A stretch of 54,170 bases of DNA, counting the filler, from Jimgerdemannia flammicorona (taxonomy: Eukaryota), in the NCBI GenBank assembly GCA_003990765.1. It is 2 parts of 2 records of this genome, joined end to end, with 100 filler letters (N's around TTAATTAATTAA, not from the genome) between each part and the next. Parts side by side here need not be neighbours in the genome. Positions count along the whole stretch, not along the records: positions 27,139 to 54,170 come from RBNJ01000671.1; 1 more part is not named here. The stretch is one strand, 5' to 3'. Below, piece after piece: positions 51,901 to 54,170 of the stretch; positions within the stretch are counted from its first letter, which is position 1; each line of letters starts with the position of its first letter. The translations under genes were made by a program, and so were the position numbers. The notes beneath the pieces were generated by a model that saw only the letters and a program-made list of their open reading frames with translations, did not search any database and was not told where the DNA came from.

Positions 51901-54170
51901 ATATCTAGGCCTTTTTGCTGATAGGGCTGCAGGAGGATGTCTTCTCTTACTCAGATTGAGTGGTAGATATGGGGTCTCATTTGTCGGAATTGAGCAACTA
52001 TTGCCAAATGAACCTCGATAGGTGGTGTCCGTAGATTTCCATTAGTGCTTCCAAAGCCTCCTTGTCCTCTGTCGGTATCTTCTAGTGGGTCTACCTCTTG
52101 GATGGTCAGCTGTGATGTCTTGATAAACAGGATTTGGCAGATGGCTTCCATAGGACTGAAGAATTGGCTGGTTCTACTAGAATTGCGGATAATGACCTTC
52201 AAGGGACCTCGGTAGTCCTGATTGATGACTCTTCCTTCTACTGTGACTCCTTTGGTTACCAATGAGGATCTTGAGGCCAACTGTCCATAATGCCCAGGTG
52301 GTATAGTGAGTGTGATCTGTAGGTCAAAAGTCCTGGTACTTCTGGGTCAGATTCTTGCTTGATAGGGGAGGCAGAGGTCATAACCAACTGATCCTTCTGT
52401 TTGTGCAAGAGGTGGCTGTACCCAGGGTGAAAGCAGCTTGACCTGGATAATTGGTTGAGCTTTGAGAAATGGCACTTCAGCTATTGCCATTGTAGGTGAG
52501 AAGTCCATGTGCTCCAGTTTGAAGAAAGGCCAGTGAGCTCCGGTCTTTGAGTTTCTTGTGTAATTGAATCCAGTCTTTCCTAGAGGGTCCAGAGCTTCCA
52601 TAAGGATGAAGGCAAGATTGATATCTTCTTTTCTTTGATGAGGGTGGCAGTACCAGCGAATGATGGCAAGAACTTCCAATGGTAGGTCCCAGATAGAGGT
52701 CTTGCTCTTGAACTTGCAATCTCCTTCATGGTTGATTTCTTTGCACTTCCGACAGGCCCAGCGAATTCAGGGTTCTTGCAGGGTGGGATCCTTTCTCTTG
52801 ACTCGGCTCTTGTAGACATCTTCACTGAGGTGAACATCTCGATGTTCACATCAGTAGCAGGTAAAGGTTTTTCTACAATCACAATGTCTCTTCTTGACAA
52901 AGTCTTCATTTTGCTGTTTGACCTCCCTACTGGTAGAGAATCTCTTCCAATACTTGTCATAGGTGGGCTGTGTGATCTGGAGGGCCCGGGTGATAGTGTA
53001 AGAGCTATTGCTTTCTCCTTCAATAGTAAGGGACTTGAATGTTTGGCAGGTGAGGATCTTCTGTCCTTCCTTATAGGTCTTCTTGAAGGTCTTCGGGGTT
53101 GGAGGTTGTATTCGGCTGAGGGATGGTGCTTGCTTCAATTCGTCCTTGTCATCAATTTCTAGCATTGGAACCTTCTTGAGATCCAGGATTCAGCAATTGC
53201 TGCAATCATCTCTTGGTGAGTGGAAGCTGATGAAGTGTTCACATGTGCCTCGGCGAAAGGCTCCCATGATCCGATTTTCTACCAGTGGTAGTGGTAGTTG
53301 AGCAGAAGGTCCTGTGAACTCAAGTGCTGCCCTTACATTAATGGCTCTATCAATGCTTTCTTCCAGGCCTTCAACACCAATAACTCCAATGAAAGAGTCT
53401 TCTTGTTCACTTTCTTGGTCCCTTGGGGCATCGAAATCACTTCCTAGTTCTTGTAGGAAATTGGCCTCGCTTTCATCCTCAGTAGTAGTGGGGGTGTCAC
53501 TGTGTCCTTGCCATTCTGTTTCTGAGGCTTGATTTGTCCTTTTAGATGATCCTTTCGAGTCAATGGGCACCTTGTGCTTCTGTCCATGAGTGGAGAAGAC
53601 CAGGAGTTGTTTCTTGATATCTACATTGGCTCCAACTTGGCTTAACCAGTCAGTTCCCAGGATCAGGTCATAGGAGGTTGTGGGGGTCACAACGGCTTTG
53701 GGTACATTGAGGCGGGCCTTTCCAACTTGAATGGGGATGTCTCTGACAAGTCCAAGGGGTGTGGAAGCTGATCCGTCAGCCATGATAACTCTTGCTTTGG
53801 TTCCTTCATCTATTCCCCATCCAATTCGCTCCAACATCCTTTGGGTGATAATGCATACTGCTGCTCCAGTATCGACAAGAATTCTGGCATTTTCACCATG
53901 CACTTTTCCATTGGCGAGTCTTGTAGATTGATGTTCATGTTGCTGGCTCTCATGGACTGTGTAGATAGTGCTAGGTTCTTGAGTGTGTAGTCCTTGGACT
54001 GGAAGTCTCTTGGTATCTTCCTTGGCTTCTTTCAGGAATTTTTGCCTGACCTCTGGTGCATTCTTGAGGACTTGCTCAACTGTAAGACCAGCATTCTGTA
54101 GGCGGATATGTTCCCAAAGTGAGGCTGCTGCATGAGGCTTGCTGCTTCTTCGGTGTCTTGGTCTCTTGGG
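48929..54170 (-). mobile_element. pol: Ty3/Gypsy gag-pol (5' end outside window): PR - Cys/His region - F-box-like motif - dUTPase - dUTPase-like linker - RT - RNase H - integrase; disrupted
   Basis: Protease ILVDTGA (D at 53873) and LILGTDWL. RT SPWASP, DFRKLNKVT...YPLPRIDD, MPFGLCNAPASFQ, VYIDD (~51005). RNase H NYGATKLECLAVVWAVDHFRHYL...ITDHQAL. Integrase H..H/C zinc site, GIDIIGTLP, ITDQG, GLTERMN, KLEPKWEG. The PR-RT-RH-IN order is that of Ty3/Gypsy. Stops are mostly TGA. Confidence 0.96.
52041..52450 (-). pseudogene. dut: Trimeric dUTPase domain inside the Gypsy polyprotein
   Basis: All five motifs in order: GSVGYDL (I), GQLASRSSLVTKG (II), GRVINQDYRG (III, canonical GVIDxDYRG), AICQIL (IV), TDRGQGGFGST (V). 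One TGA stop at 52347. Confidence 0.93.

Noticed and set aside
1..54170. tRNA, rRNA or other structured ncRNA genes
   Set aside because: None recognised by eye. A tRNAscan-SE/Infernal run would be needed to exclude them.

Overview
This is eukaryotic, intron-containing fungal DNA. An early-diverging lineage (Mucoromycota-like) is inferred from gene content only and is not proven. CpG-rich gene islands (~7.1-22.3 kb and ~41.3-45.3 kb) alternate sharply with CpG-depleted, TpA-rich transposon debris. Intact spliced genes: a Kre9/Knh1-like GPI-anchored protein, a 100-aa hypothetical protein, a Zn(II)2Cys6 + fungal_trans transcription factor, a 76-aa secreted prepro-peptide with a 41-aa 8-Cys mature part, a Cys-containing GPI protein, and a Crinkler-type SAM + P-loop NTPase + restriction-endonuclease-fold gene. 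Repeats: a full-length, decayed L1/Tx1-type LINE (17-bp TSD, poly-A) inserted in a 163-bp higher-order satellite beside an assembly gap; a hAT-type foldback MITE with an 8-bp TSD; several LTR/gag/integrase relics; and a mutated multi-exon HECT E3 ligase gene among minisatellites. The most unusual element is a Ty3/Gypsy retrotransposon (46.3 kb to window end, minus strand). Its polyprotein carries Cys/His clusters, an F-box-like motif and a dUTPase between protease and RT, and it has an extra ORF after integrase. Repeat copies show graded C->T decay: mostly CpG in the least-decayed element and CpA->TpA (RIP-like) in the most decayed. All exon models, alignments and domain calls were made by eye; no searches were run.
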